Source: a plasmid
Sequence record: NZ_CP067423.1
Reading direction: 5' to 3' (one strand)
DNA length: 64,000 nucleotides
The stretch's first letter is position 1, and each line of letters begins with the position of its first letter. The position numbers were made by a program, and so were the translations under genes. This document shows, piece after piece, positions 45,024 to 55,771 of the stretch. The notes under the pieces are model-generated. The model saw only the letters and a list, made by a program, of their open reading frames with translations, searched no databases and was not told the origin of the DNA.

Positions 45024-47216
45024 TTATCCCGTTCCGAGAACGTTCTCGCCTGCCCCACTGGCCTTCAGCTCCAACCGGCGGGCGTGCAGAACCGGCTCGG
45101 TATAGCCGTTCGGCTGGGCGCGGCCCTGCAGCACCAGATCACACGCGGCCTGGAAGGCGATCGAATTCTCGAAATCCGGGGCCATCGGCCGATAAAGCGG
45201 GTCGCCCTCGTTCTGCCGGTCGACGACCGCCGCCATGCGCTTCATCGTCTCCATCACCTGATCGCGCGTACAAACGCCATGATGCAGCCAATTGGCGATG
45301 TGCTGCGAGGAGATGCGCAGCGTGGCGCGATCCTCCATCAGGCCGACATCGTTGATGTCCGGCACTTTCGAGCAGCCGACACCCTGGTCGATCCAGCGCA
45401 CGACATAACCCAGGATGCCCTGGGCGTTGTTGTCGAGTTCCTTCTGGATCTCTTCGGGCGTCCAGTTCGGCCGCAGGGCGACGGGGATCGACAGGATGTC
45501 GTCGAGCTTGGCCTTCGGGCGGTTTTTGAAACCTTCCTGCACGGCGTGCACATCGACCTTGTGGTAGTGCGTCGCATGCAGCGTCGCGGCTGTCGGCGAC
45601 GGCACCCAGGCGGTGTTGGCGCCGGCCTTCGGGTGAGCGATCTTCTCAACCAGCATCGCCGCCATCAGGTCGGGCATCGCCCACATGCCCTTGCCGATCT
45701 GGGCATGACCGGCAAGCCCGCACTCCAGGCCGGTGTCGACATTCCACGCTTCATAGGCGGAAATCCACGCCGCCTGCTTCATGTCGCCCTTGCGGATCAT
45801 CGGGCCGGCTTCCATCGAGGTGTGGATCTCGTCGCCGGTGCGGTCGAGGAAGCCGGTGTTGATGAAGACGACGCGTTCGCGGGCTGCACGGATGCATTCC
45901 TTGAGGTTGACCGTGGTGCGGCGTTCCTCATCCATGATGCCCATCTTCAGCGTGTTGGGCTGCATGCCGAGCGCCTGTTCGACGCGGCCGAAAAGCTCGA
46001 CAGCGAACGACACCTCCTCCGGCCCGTGCATCTTCGGCTTGACGATATAGACCGAGCCTGTCCGCGAATTGGCGCGGCGGCCATTAGGGCCGACATCGTG
46101 CAGCGCGATCAGGCTGGTGATCATCGCGTCCATGATGCCTTCCGGAACCTCATTGCCGTCGCGGTCGAGGATCGCCGGGTTGGTCATCAGGTGGCCGACA
46201 TTGCGCACCAGCATCAGCGAGCGGCCGGGCAGAGTCAGTTTGCTTCCGTCGGGTGCCGTATAGTCGCGGTCAGGATTGAGCTTGCGCGTGAACGTCTTGC
46301 CGCTCTTCGAGACCTCTTCCTCTAAATCGCCCTTCATCAGGCCGAGCCAGTTGCGGTAGACGGCGACCTTATCCTCGGCGTCGACCGCGGCGACCGAGTC
46401 CTCGCAGTCCTGGATGGTGGTAATGGCCGATTCCAGAATAACGTCTGAAATTCCAGCCTCGTCTTGGCTTCCGATGACGTGTTGATCATCAAGGATGATT
46501 TCGATGTGAAGGCCGTTTCTCGATAAGAGCAACGAAGACGGATTGTCGACGTCACCTAGGTACCCCGCGAATTGTGAGGGATCGCGCAACCCACCCTCCG
46601 AGGAGCCCGTCATCAGTCGAAACTGACCATCTTTAATTTGAGAACTGGTCATGTTTGACCAGCTGTCTGTCTTCAACGGCACGCTGTCATCTAAGAATGC
46701 TCGCGCCCACGCGATGACTTTCTCGCCGCGCTTGGGATTGTAGCCATTGCCCTTTTCGGCGCCGTCGGTCTCGGGAATGGCATCGGTGCCGTAGAGTGCA
46801 TCATAGAGCGAACCCCAGCGCGCGTTGGCGGCATTCAGCGCATAACGGGCATTCATCACCGGCACGACGAGTTGCGGACCGGCGACGGTGGCGATCTCCG
46901 GATCGACGTTTTCGGTGGTGACCTTGAAATCCGGACCTTCGTCCAGCAGGTAGCCGATCTCCTTGAGGAAAGCCTTGTAGGCCGCCATGTCGGACGGCGC
47001 GCCATTTTCGCGATGCCAGGCGTCGATCTTCTCCTGAATCTCGTCGCGCTTTTCGAGCAGCGCCCGGTTCTTCGGAGCGAGGTCGCGAACGATCTTGGCG
47101 AAGCCGGCCCAGAACTCTGCGAGCTTGATGCCGGTGCCCGGCATCGCGCGCTTGTTGACGAAATCGTAGAGCCCGCGATCGACCTGCAACCCGCCGACTT
47201 CGATTCGATTTGCCAT
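45024..47216 (-). CDS. glcB: malate synthase G (730 aa)
   Basis: Collinear with MSG from [22 protein letters not shown] through the catalytic core to the C-terminus. It has its own GGAG Shine-Dalgarno 9 nt before the ATG at 47216. The ORF-track ORF continues 114 codons further upstream in frame (see next feature). Confidence 0.9.
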   Translation of the reverse strand: MANRIEVGGLQVDRGLYDFVNKRAMPGTGIKLAEFWAGFAKIVRDLAPKNRALLEKRDEIQEKIDAWHRENGAPSDMAAYKAFLKEIGYLLDEGPDFKVTTENVDPEIATVAGPQLVVPVMNARYALNAANARWGSLYDALYGTDAIPETDGAEKGNGYNPKRGEKVIAWARAFLDDSVPLKTDSWSNMTSSQIKDGQFRLMTGSSEGGLRDPSQFAGYLGDVDNPSSLLLSRNGLHIEIILDDQHVIGSQDEAGISDVILESAITTIQDCEDSVAAVDAEDKVAVYRNWLGLMKGDLEEEVSKSGKTFTRKLNPDRDYTAPDGSKLTLPGRSLMLVRNVGHLMTNPAILDRDGNEVPEGIMDAMITSLIALHDVGPNGRRANSRTGSVYIVKPKMHGPEEVSFAVELFGRVEQALGMQPNTLKMGIMDEERRTTVNLKECIRAARERVVFINTGFLDRTGDEIHTSMEAGPMIRKGDMKQAAWISAYEAWNVDTGLECGLAGHAQIGKGMWAMPDLMAAMLVEKIAHPKAGANTAWVPSPTAATLHATHYHKVDVHAVQEGFKNRPKAKLDDILSIPVALRPNWTPEEIQKELDNNAQGILGYVVRWIDQGVGCSKVPDINDVGLMEDRATLRISSQHIANWLHHGVCTRDQVMETMKRMAAVVDRQNEGDPLYRPMAPDFENSIAFQAACDLVLQGRAQPNGYTEPVLHARRLELKASGAGENVLGTG

Positions 47217-47688
47217 GTCCAAAGCTCCGTTATGGCGCCCCCACAGGCGCGTATCGTTTCGCGGGTTCGGTGCATAGAAAAACCCTTCCACTTCCAGCTC
47301 TGCGCTGACGGAAAGGTTCGTGACGCCGGTCTGAACCCTGATGAATCGGTTTGCGGTATCAATCTCGCGAACATCCCGCACCACGCTATCGGCCGTCGGA
47401 AGTGCGCCGCCTGCCAACGATGTCTCCGCACCGCGCGGGATAACCGGAACCCGCAGATTGTGGCAAATTCTCATCGCCGCCGCTACCTCCTCGGTGGTGC
47501 GAGGCAGAACCACGGCGAGCAGCGGACATCGGTACGCCGTCAAACGCGTCGCATTCATATGCCTGGGTTTCCTCCGGGTCCGAGACGATCGCGTCCGCGG
47601 GCAGGACGGTACTCAACGCGGCGACGATCTCGGGCTTATGGGCGATGATCGCGGCGTCGGGAACGGGCATGGCGATGCTGGACATTGG
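47217..47688 (-). pseudogene. glcD: 5' fragment (~170 codons, one frameshift) of a GlcD-like FAD-linked oxidase, joined in frame to the glcB start
   Basis: [48 protein letters not shown] in one frame, then [48 protein letters not shown]...EGFFYAPNP (the FAD-binding domain) in the glcB frame, ending abruptly at the glcB ATG. Confidence 0.6.
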
Positions 47689-47935
47689 CTCAATTCCGTC
47701 TGACCGAAAGCAGTGAATAACCGGACGCTCCTTCGCGCTCGCCTTCATCGAAGGCACACGAGATGCGCAGGCTCGCGACAAGCAGACTCACGAGCATCAC
47801 AGCTATTTCCCGCGCGCCGCGCGAGAATCCGGAGCGAAGGGGAAGCGCGATATTCGCTGCGGCGGCTCGCCCGCGATGACCTTGGCGCGTCGAACGGCTG
47901 AGACCGAATCCGGAGCGCACGCAGCCGGCCCTGAA

Positions 47936-49153
47936 TCATCCGCAATAGATAATCTTGTCCTTCTCAAGTCGCGATATTTCATCGTCGCCGATGTTGAGGA
48001 TTGAATTGAGGATGTGCTTCGTATGCTCCCCAAGCATGGGGGGGCTGATGGTGTACTCAATTTCTGTCTGAGAGAATTTGATCGGATTGGCCACGAGCGG
48101 CACGGTCTTGCCCGTGGTGTGGGGAAGATTGATCTGCAATTCGCGATGGACGACCTGCGGATGCACGAATGCCTGGTCGAGTCGGTTGATCGATGCGCAT
48201 GGTACGCCGATGGGTTCGAGAAGCGCGATCCAGTGCTCGGTTGGTTCCTGGGCAAGGCGTTCGGCCACGATCGGGATCAGAGCGTCGCGGTTTTCCAAGC
48301 GATCCGTGTTTGTGGTGAAACGGGGGTCGTCGCAGAGCACTTGCAGCCGGGACGCCGTGCAGAACTTCCTGAACTGCTGGTCGTTCCCCACCGCAAGCAC
48401 GAATGATCCGTTGCTCGATTTGAACACCTGATAGGGCACGATGTTCGGATGGGCGTTTCCATATCGGCGCGGCGGCTTCCCCGTGGTCAGATAGTTCAAG
48501 TTCTGGTTGGCCAGAGCGGCAAGCTGGACATCAAGAAGCGCCATGTCGATATGCTGGCCCTCGCCCGTCCGCTCGCGATGCAACAACGCCGACAGCACAC
48601 CTGTTGCGCTATACATTCCAGTGAGGAGATCGGAAATCGGGACGCCGACCTTCTGAGGGCCGCCGCCGGGCTTGTCGTCCGCCTCGCCCGTGATGCTCAT
48701 CAGCCCGGATATGGCTTGGATGGCCATGTCGTATCCGGCTACGTTTTTCATCGGGCCGGTCTGGCCGTATCCCGTAATGGAGCAGTACACGATGTCCGGC
48801 TTTATGAGCCGGAGCGCTTCATAGTCTAGCCCATACCGTTTCATGTCGCCGACTTTATAGTTCTCTATGAGAACGTCGGTCTTCCTGACCAGAGATCGAA
48901 CGATGTCCGCGCCTGCTTGCGTGGCGATGTCCACGCAAATCGAGTGCTTGCCGCGATTGGCGCTCAGGAAGTAGGCACTCTCGGTTGTTCCATCAAGATG
49001 CGGTGGCCCCCAGTGGCGAGTGTCGTCGCCGGTGAACGGGCGTTCGATTTTCCAAACCGTCGCCCCTAGATCGGCCAAGAGCTGCCCGAGCCAAGGGCCC
49101 GCAAGAATCCTCGATAAATCGAGAATTTGGTATCCGCTTAACGGTCCTGCCAT
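47936..49153 (-). CDS. CoA-transferase family III protein (CaiB/BaiF / formyl-CoA transferase-like)
   Basis: MAGPLSGYQILDLSRILAGPWLGQLLADLGATV...VLIENYKVG...GYDMAIQAISGLMSITG is the family III CoA-transferase fold. The alternative start is 49168. Confidence 0.85.
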   Translation of the reverse strand: MAGPLSGYQILDLSRILAGPWLGQLLADLGATVWKIERPFTGDDTRHWGPPHLDGTTESAYFLSANRGKHSICVDIATQAGADIVRSLVRKTDVLIENYKVGDMKRYGLDYEALRLIKPDIVYCSITGYGQTGPMKNVAGYDMAIQAISGLMSITGEADDKPGGGPQKVGVPISDLLTGMYSATGVLSALLHRERTGEGQHIDMALLDVQLAALANQNLNYLTTGKPPRRYGNAHPNIVPYQVFKSSNGSFVLAVGNDQQFRKFCTASRLQVLCDDPRFTTNTDRLENRDALIPIVAERLAQEPTEHWIALLEPIGVPCASINRLDQAFVHPQVVHRELQINLPHTTGKTVPLVANPIKFSQTEIEYTISPPMLGEHTKHILNSILNIGDDEISRLEKDKIIYCG

Positions 49154-49395
49154 ATCAACAACCCACATTCGAGATTAATAGCTTCTTTACAGAAGCTGTG
49201 GGTAATGCGTAACTGGAGTTACCAGATTGGTCAATCCAATTTTGGCGCCCACCCATCCGGGGCAATATCAAATCCACGTCGCAGACATTGACGAAACTGC
49301 GAATCTGGTCTATCCAAATTGGTCTACAACAAGGCCGCCGGGAGGGCGGCCTGCGATGCCCGCACTGGGGATCACGTTTAGGGAGGTTTTGCTGC

Positions 49396-50514
49396 ATGGC
49401 GCGAATATCGCTCCAAAATGTCTCCAAGTCGTTTGGTGGCGACCAGGGCCCTTGGGCCGTTAATAAATTCTCCCTAGAGGTAGAAGACGGCGAGCTCGTT
49501 GTTTTTGTCGGTCCTTCGGGATGCGGAAAATCGACGACACTGCGGATGATCGCTGGCCTCGACGACACCACGTCGGGCACCATCACGATCGGCGGGCGGG
49601 ATGTCACCGGTCTGCCACCGAAAGATCGCAATGTTGCGATGGTCTTTCAGAACTATGCGCTGTATCCGCAGAAGTCGGTCTACGACAACATGGCGTTCGG
49701 CCTACGGGTGCGCGGTGAAGCGAAGCAGGAGATCGACCGGCGCGTGAGGGCTGCAGCGGCCAGCCTAGACCTCGAATCCCTGCTCCACCGCAAACCGCGA
49801 CAGCTGTCGGGCGGGCAGATGCAGCGTGTGGCACTCGGGCGTGCGCTCGTGCGGGACCCCGATGTTTTCCTTCTGGACGAGCCGCTTTCCAATCTGGATG
49901 CGAAGCTGCGCGTCAAGATGCGGGAAGAAATCGCGACGCTCCATGCCCGTCTCGGGGCAACGATGATCTTCGTGACACATGACCAGGTCGAAGCAATGAC
50001 GCTTGGAGACCGTATCGTGATCATGCGCGATGGCCTGATCCAACAGGCTGGGAAGCCTCTCGAACTCTACGATCGGCCTGCAAACACGTTCGTAGCCGGG
50101 TTTATCGGTTCGCCCGAAATGAACCTGATCGACGGGCAGTTGTCCGACGCAAGCGGGCGGCTCGAGGTGCGATCGGGAGACCTTTCGGTAGGCATACCAG
50201 AAAAGACCTTCGCCAGGAGCGGACAGAACGTGACGCTTGGAATCCGGCCCGAGCACCTCGTCATCTCTAACGGCTCGCCGCTTGAGATGACCGTGAACTT
50301 GGTCGAGCAGATCGGAGCGCAGACTTATCTCATGGGCACGCTGGCCGGCCATAAGATGCGTGCCGTCCTCCAGCGTCGTGATGAAATCCGCGCCGGTGAC
50401 AAACTCCCTATCGCCTTCCCGAGTGAGCGGCTTCACCTGTTCGACTCCATTAGCGGTGCGTCGCTGCGGATGGCGCAAACGGGCGGCAAAATCGGCGTAA
50501 TGGAAAATGCGTAA
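49396..50514 (+). CDS. ABC transporter ATP-binding protein (sugar-type, MalK/UgpC-like, with C-terminal TOBE domain)
   Basis: Walker A GPSGCGKST, signature LSGGQMQRVALGRAL, Walker B VFLLDEP. GGGAGG Shine-Dalgarno before the ATG at 49396. Confidence 0.9.
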   Translation: MARISLQNVSKSFGGDQGPWAVNKFSLEVEDGELVVFVGPSGCGKSTTLRMIAGLDDTTSGTITIGGRDVTGLPPKDRNVAMVFQNYALYPQKSVYDNMAFGLRVRGEAKQEIDRRVRAAAASLDLESLLHRKPRQLSGGQMQRVALGRALVRDPDVFLLDEPLSNLDAKLRVKMREEIATLHARLGATMIFVTHDQVEAMTLGDRIVIMRDGLIQQAGKPLELYDRPANTFVAGFIGSPEMNLIDGQLSDASGRLEVRSGDLSVGIPEKTFARSGQNVTLGIRPEHLVISNGSPLEMTVNLVEQIGAQTYLMGTLAGHKMRAVLQRRDEIRAGDKLPIAFPSERLHLFDSISGASLRMAQTGGKIGVMENA

Positions 50515-50723
50515 TGGCCCCCTGCGAGAGCGGCGGGTCAGGCTGATACTGCGCCCCTGGACCGTGGAGGGCGTCACCGGACTTCAGTAGGAGCTCTGTG
50601 TCGCGTCCTAACGATAGCACCTCTGGAGCGTCATAAAGGAGGGTCAACGCTATACTCGATACCGGCGACGTTAATTCTTGGCATTTGGCTTGAACTGACA
50701 AGTTAACAAGGGAGGAGCAGGAA

Positions 50724-52073
50724 ATGAGCATTTACATTCCAGGTAGAGTGAGAATGGCGGTAGGCTTGTCCGGCATGACCCGCCGCAACTTTCTTAAATC
50801 CGCTGCCGCCGTCGGAGCAGCAAGCCTCGCGGCGCCTGCGGTGGTGCGGGCCCAGTCCGGCGTCACGCTTCGGTTTCTCAACAACGAAACTTCGGTCGCT
50901 AGTCAGGCAGCCCTGAAAAAAGCGTGCGACGACTACGAAAGCAAATTCGGCGTCAAGATAATCGTCGATTCGAGCCCCATTAGCGGCACGATGCAAAAAG
51001 TGATGGCGGCGGTCGCTGCCGGCCAGCCCTATGACATCATGACTTCCGGGTTCATCGCTGGAATCTTGGAGTATATTCACGCCGGCGCCATCGTCCCGGT
51101 GACCGACCTGGTCAAAAAGTATGACTGGGGCAAGAAGGCCGCATGGGAGTATCAAGGTGAGAACTGGTACTATCCGTTCGATTACAACCTCGTCGTAAAT
51201 TATTACCGGAAAGACCTCTATGCCCAGAAAGGTCTGAAGATACCGGAGACGTGGGACGACTTCTTGAAGAACTGCCAAGCGCTTACAGTCGTTAATGGTG
51301 GAAATGTTGACGTCGGCGGCTGTGTCATACCTCTTGCAAGCGACAGCTCGACCAACTGGGCGAGCTTCGGCAATATGTTCGCCGAAGGCGCGGAGCTCTT
51401 TGACAAAGACTGGAATGTCGTTTTCGACCAGGGCGAGAACGCTGATCGTGCCACGCGCTTCTTGGATTTCTACGGCGAGTTGTACAAGACGATGCCGCCC
51501 GGCATGAACGCCGTGAGTTATGCTCAACTAATGAGTCTCTTCGCCACCGGAAAGGCGGCACACAGTGTCTATTCTGGTCGGTTGGTCGAAGCGCTTGAAG
51601 CGACTAACCCAGAACTCGCCGATAAGTACGGAATATTCCCCTCGCCTGGTAGTACCGGTCAAAAGGCACTTTCATATGCTTTTGACGGCTTCTGCGTAGG
51701 GAAGTCGAACCAAAGCGAGGAGGCGATTAAGTTCCTTCAGTGGTTTGCAGAAGAGCATTACGTCGATTGGCTGCTTTCAGCATGGATGAACAACCATCCG
51801 GCGCGCCTGGACATCTATGAGAACGAGCGTTGGAAGAGCCATCCCATGATCAAGAAGCATTGGAATACGATGATGACGATGAAGTCCTACATTGAAGGCG
51901 ACAACATCAAGATCATGGCAATCGACACCATCGGTCCTTCGATCGACATGCGTGCTTGTAACGTATTCATCGCGAATGTCATGCCGGAAATGCTCCAGCA
52001 GAAAGTCCTCGGCAACGCCTCGTCGGCTGATTGCGTCGCCGCGACTGCGCAACGCATTCGCTCCGTCATCTAA
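50724..52073 (+). CDS. ABC transporter periplasmic substrate-binding protein (family 1, carbohydrate type) with Tat-type signal peptide
   Basis: RRNFLKSAAAVGAASLAAPAVVRA twin-arginine signal. GGGAGGAG Shine-Dalgarno before the ATG. Confidence 0.85.
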   Translation: MSIYIPGRVRMAVGLSGMTRRNFLKSAAAVGAASLAAPAVVRAQSGVTLRFLNNETSVASQAALKKACDDYESKFGVKIIVDSSPISGTMQKVMAAVAAGQPYDIMTSGFIAGILEYIHAGAIVPVTDLVKKYDWGKKAAWEYQGENWYYPFDYNLVVNYYRKDLYAQKGLKIPETWDDFLKNCQALTVVNGGNVDVGGCVIPLASDSSTNWASFGNMFAEGAELFDKDWNVVFDQGENADRATRFLDFYGELYKTMPPGMNAVSYAQLMSLFATGKAAHSVYSGRLVEALEATNPELADKYGIFPSPGSTGQKALSYAFDGFCVGKSNQSEEAIKFLQWFAEEHYVDWLLSAWMNNHPARLDIYENERWKSHPMIKKHWNTMMTMKSYIEGDNIKIMAIDTIGPSIDMRACNVFIANVMPEMLQQKVLGNASSADCVAATAQRIRSVI

Positions 52074-52078
52074 CTGCA

Positions 52079-52109
52079 GATCGGGGCGGCCTCCGCTGCC
52101 GCCCCGATC
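52079..52109 (+). terminator. GC-rich stem-loop (GATCGGGGCGGC-ctccgct-GCCGCCCCGATC) immediately after the binding-protein gene, a probable intra-operon attenuator or partial terminator
   Basis: Read directly: perfect 12-bp stem with a 7-nt loop, followed by GTTCGTTC. Such hairpins are common between SBP and permease genes in ABC operons. Confidence 0.45.
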
Positions 52110-52122
52110 GTTCGTTCAAGGG

Positions 52123-53004
52123 ATGATTCTTATGGTTCAGGACCGGCGAATTGTTGCATTGTTTATTGGCAGTATCTCCTTGCTCGCATTTATTATTGGC
52201 GGCCCGTTGATTTACGCGGTTATGCTATCATTCTATTCGGCCCGTTCGTTTATGAGCGAACCCGAGTGGGTCGGCCTGAGCAACTACATCAAGGTATTGC
52301 AAGATCCTCTTTTCTGGAATTCGTTGACGAACGGCCTCACAATCGCGCTTTCGTCGATTGTCCTGCAGGTAGTTCTGGGCGTTGGAATAGCGATGGTGCT
52401 TAACAAGCGCTTTGTTGGCCAGACCATTGCACGTTCGATCGCTATTCTTCCCTACTTCCTGCCGACAGTTGTCGCCTGCCTAGTGGCCCAATGGATTCTC
52501 GAGCCAAACTACGGATTGGTAAAGACCGCTCTGGCATCCATCGGTGTTGGAATGCTCGATTGGAGTTCTCATGCCTTCACGGCCAAAGGCACAATCATAC
52601 TCGTCAGTGTGTGGTTGTGGACACCTTTTGTCGTAACCTGCGTTCTAGCTGGTTTGCAGACGATCCCAACGCAACTTTACGAAGCTGCTCGCGTCGATGG
52701 CGCCGGTGCTTGGACGCAATTCTGGCACATCACGATACCAGGCTTACGCTCGGTTCTGATCGTGGTCATCCTTCTGCGTGGCATCTGGATGTTCAACAAG
52801 TTCGATCTGATATGGCTTTTGACAAAAGGCGGGCCGCTCAACCAGACAGAGACCTTGCCTACCTTAGCCTATCGGAAGTCGTTTATTGAGTACAACCTGG
52901 GCGGGGGCGCCGCTGTGGCAACGATCTCCTTCCTCCTGCTCTCAGGCGTCATTCTCATCTATCTGCGCCTGTTCCCCATCGATGATGCAAAGCAAGGGCG
53001 ATAA
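52123..53004 (+). CDS. ABC transporter permease (MalF/UgpA-like)
   Basis: Six predicted TM segments with the EAA-type motif region (AARVDGAGAWTQFWHITIPGL). Confidence 0.85.
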   Translation: MILMVQDRRIVALFIGSISLLAFIIGGPLIYAVMLSFYSARSFMSEPEWVGLSNYIKVLQDPLFWNSLTNGLTIALSSIVLQVVLGVGIAMVLNKRFVGQTIARSIAILPYFLPTVVACLVAQWILEPNYGLVKTALASIGVGMLDWSSHAFTAKGTIILVSVWLWTPFVVTCVLAGLQTIPTQLYEAARVDGAGAWTQFWHITIPGLRSVLIVVILLRGIWMFNKFDLIWLLTKGGPLNQTETLPTLAYRKSFIEYNLGGGAAVATISFLLLSGVILIYLRLFPIDDAKQGR

Positions 53005-53007
53005 GAA

Positions 53008-53958
53008 ATGAAGAGCCATGTAGAGCGATTGCCCGTTGATTCCAGTCGCCAGATACCTGAGCGCGAACCGATTCGTCCGAGATCGTCGCTGCAACACGGG
53101 AGCAAGGTTCAGGAAAGCACTTTCTGGAAACCATTCAAAAAGCTATCGGCAAAAATTGCCCTTTATGCAACCGTACTCGTTATCTGTCTTTATTCACTCT
53201 TTCCGATATACTGGATGATCATTTCGAGCCTAAGGCCCGCGGAACGCCTTTTTCTCGATACATCTCTCGTTTTCTGGCCGCCGGACCTGACGTCTTACGT
53301 CTCCCTCTTCCGGCAGACGAATTATATCGTCAATTTTCTGAACAGCGCTCTGATGGCGGTTGCGACGATTACCGTCTCCCTCGTGCTGTCGGCATTTGTC
53401 GCTTACGGCGCCACCCGGCTGCGCTTTCGGGGCAAGACTATGCTCGTTGCATCGATGCTTTTTGCCTACATGTTCCCACCCCTCATGCTGGCCATCCCAA
53501 TGGCGGCAGCTTTCCGAACGATCGGCCTCACCGACACACTGTGGGGGCTGTTGATCGCCCATCTCGCAATTTCGCTGCCGCTGGCGGTGTGGTTGCTCTG
53601 GGGTTTCTTCAAGTCAATGCCGTTTGACCTTGAGGAGGCTGCGATGGTTGACGGCTGTTCTCAGTTCGAAGCGTTCATCAAGGTCGTCTTGCCATTGTCC
53701 GCTCCCGGGCTCATCACTGTCGCCATCTTCTCGTTCCTTCTCTCTTGGGCCGACTATGTGTTCGCGCTGATACTTATTATGAGCGACCAAAGAAAGACGC
53801 TCCCCGTTGCTCTGCAGTCGTTGCTCGGCGCGCATGATTTGCGTTGGGGTGAAGTCTTGGCCGGCGCTTCGCTGATAGCTCTGCCTTTGTTTGTAATATT
53901 TATCTTTTGCTATCGGTACTTCGTCGCCGGGCTGTCAGCGGGTGCGGAGAAGGGATGA
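53008..53958 (+). CDS. ABC transporter permease (MalG/UgpE-like)
   Basis: TM-rich protein with EAA motif (EEAAMVDGCSQFEAFIKVVLPLSAPGL). Confidence 0.85.
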   Translation: MKSHVERLPVDSSRQIPEREPIRPRSSLQHGSKVQESTFWKPFKKLSAKIALYATVLVICLYSLFPIYWMIISSLRPAERLFLDTSLVFWPPDLTSYVSLFRQTNYIVNFLNSALMAVATITVSLVLSAFVAYGATRLRFRGKTMLVASMLFAYMFPPLMLAIPMAAAFRTIGLTDTLWGLLIAHLAISLPLAVWLLWGFFKSMPFDLEEAAMVDGCSQFEAFIKVVLPLSAPGLITVAIFSFLLSWADYVFALILIMSDQRKTLPVALQSLLGAHDLRWGEVLAGASLIALPLFVIFIFCYRYFVAGLSAGAEKG

Positions 53959-54033
53959 TCCCGTCAAAAAGCGGCGGAAGATCGGTCGCGTTTTGATCTG
54001 GATTCCAAAAGCATCACCATCGGGAGAAGGTTT

Positions 54034-55683
54034 ATGGCGAGCTACGACTATATTATCGTTGGTGCAGGTTCGGCCGGATGTGTTCTGGCAACTCGCCTGA
54101 GTGAAGACGCTAATGTGAGCGTATTGCTGATTGAGGCGGGCGGGGGGAAGTCGATGTTTGTCGATATGCCCGCCGGAATCAAGGTTCTCTATACGAGCGG
54201 TCGATACAACTGGCGGTTTTGGACTGAGCCGCAGCAACATCTAGACAATCGCCGGATCTATATCCCCAGAGGGAAGGTCATAGGAGGGTCGTCATCGATC
54301 AATTCCATGATCGCTATGCGCTGCAACCCGTGGGACTACGATTCGTGGGCGTCTCGGGGCATGCCTCAGTGGAGCTTTGCCGCGATGCTCCCCTATTTGC
54401 GCAGGATTGAGGATGCGAGCCTGGTCGCTGAACCTGATAATGGAACGCGTGGGCACACCGGGCCCATTAAGCTTTCCTACGGGCCACGGCGCCCGACCGC
54501 CCAGGCGTTTGTCGACAGCCTCCTCGCCGCCGGTTTACCAGAGAACCATGGATTCAATGGACCCTCGCAGATAGGCGCAGGTTTCTACGAACTTACGATA
54601 GCAAATGGAAAGCGGTCCGGCTCATTCAAGTACCTGGAACGCGCCAAGGGACGCCCGAACCTCACCATCCTCTCCAATAGTCATGTTCGTCGCATTAACG
54701 TTGAAAGAGGTGGTGCCCGTGGCATCGTCCTGGTCCAGAACGGCCGCGAGAAGACGATCAACTGCGATCGAGAGGTTCTGCTGACGGCAGGCGCGATCGG
54801 ATCGCCGCAGCTTTTGATGCTGTCTGGTATTGGGCCTGCTGATCATATGAAGTCTTTCGGCATCAAACCCGTTCACGATCTTCCGGGCGTGGGCGAGAAT
54901 CTTCAGGACCACCTGGACCTCGCGGTTCGCTTCGAGTCATCGCAACCGACGACGTTGACCCCCTATATGGGCCTCCTGAGGGGCGGCATGGCCGGCGCTC
55001 GGTATATTCTCAAAGGCGATGGTCCGGCCGCTTCGCAGGCCGTGGAGGCGGGAGCGTTTTGGGGCCCTGACCGATCATCTCCGTTGCCGGAGTGGCAGGC
55101 ACACTTTGCCAACGTCCTCCGCAATCCGCCGGCCGGCGAGCGTATCGCTCACGGTTTCGCTGTTCGCGTATGTCAGCTCAGGCCACAAAGTCGCGGTACG
55201 GTAAGATTGCGAAGCGGAGACCCCGCCGTTCCACCGGCGATCGACCCGCGTCTTGCTTCCGAACGTGCAGACCTCGAGAGCCTGAGAGATGGCACGCGCG
55301 ATATGTGCGATATGATGATGCGCGGACCACTCAAGAACTTCATAAAACGTCCGTTGGATGCGGAAGTGTTCGGCAATCTCTCCGAGCAGGAGGCTTTCCT
55401 GCGAGCGCGGGCCGAGACGGTGTATCACCCCGTAGGGACCTGTCGCATGGGCGCTGACGATGCATCGGTCGTGGACCCGAGCATGAAAGTCCGCGGTGTT
55501 GATGGTGTACGGGTGATCGACGGTTCGGTGATGCCAACGCTTCTAAGCGGCAATACGAACCTGCCGATTATGGCGATCGCCGAAAAAATCGCTGACGAAC
55601 TCATCCACGGCGAAAGCGTTTCGCGTGATCACCCGATCGCTGGGGAGATGCTTGCGCACGGGCGCCACGCGCCCTCCTCCTGA
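54034..55683 (+). CDS. GMC-family FAD oxidoreductase (choline/alcohol dehydrogenase-like)
   Basis: YDYIIVGAGSAGCVLATRLSE Rossmann motif, the GGSSSINSM signature and a C-terminal GMC_oxred_C domain. Confidence 0.85.
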   Translation: MASYDYIIVGAGSAGCVLATRLSEDANVSVLLIEAGGGKSMFVDMPAGIKVLYTSGRYNWRFWTEPQQHLDNRRIYIPRGKVIGGSSSINSMIAMRCNPWDYDSWASRGMPQWSFAAMLPYLRRIEDASLVAEPDNGTRGHTGPIKLSYGPRRPTAQAFVDSLLAAGLPENHGFNGPSQIGAGFYELTIANGKRSGSFKYLERAKGRPNLTILSNSHVRRINVERGGARGIVLVQNGREKTINCDREVLLTAGAIGSPQLLMLSGIGPADHMKSFGIKPVHDLPGVGENLQDHLDLAVRFESSQPTTLTPYMGLLRGGMAGARYILKGDGPAASQAVEAGAFWGPDRSSPLPEWQAHFANVLRNPPAGERIAHGFAVRVCQLRPQSRGTVRLRSGDPAVPPAIDPRLASERADLESLRDGTRDMCDMMMRGPLKNFIKRPLDAEVFGNLSEQEAFLRARAETVYHPVGTCRMGADDASVVDPSMKVRGVDGVRVIDGSVMPTLLSGNTNLPIMAIAEKIADELIHGESVSRDHPIAGEMLAHGRHAPSS

Positions 55684-55771
55684 AAGCCTCCGTTTATCGT
55701 CCGAGGAACGCTGTAGCGGTGCGAAAAGCGCCCAGGCTGTTTTCGCAAATTTTTTGAACTCGCAGGGTACG

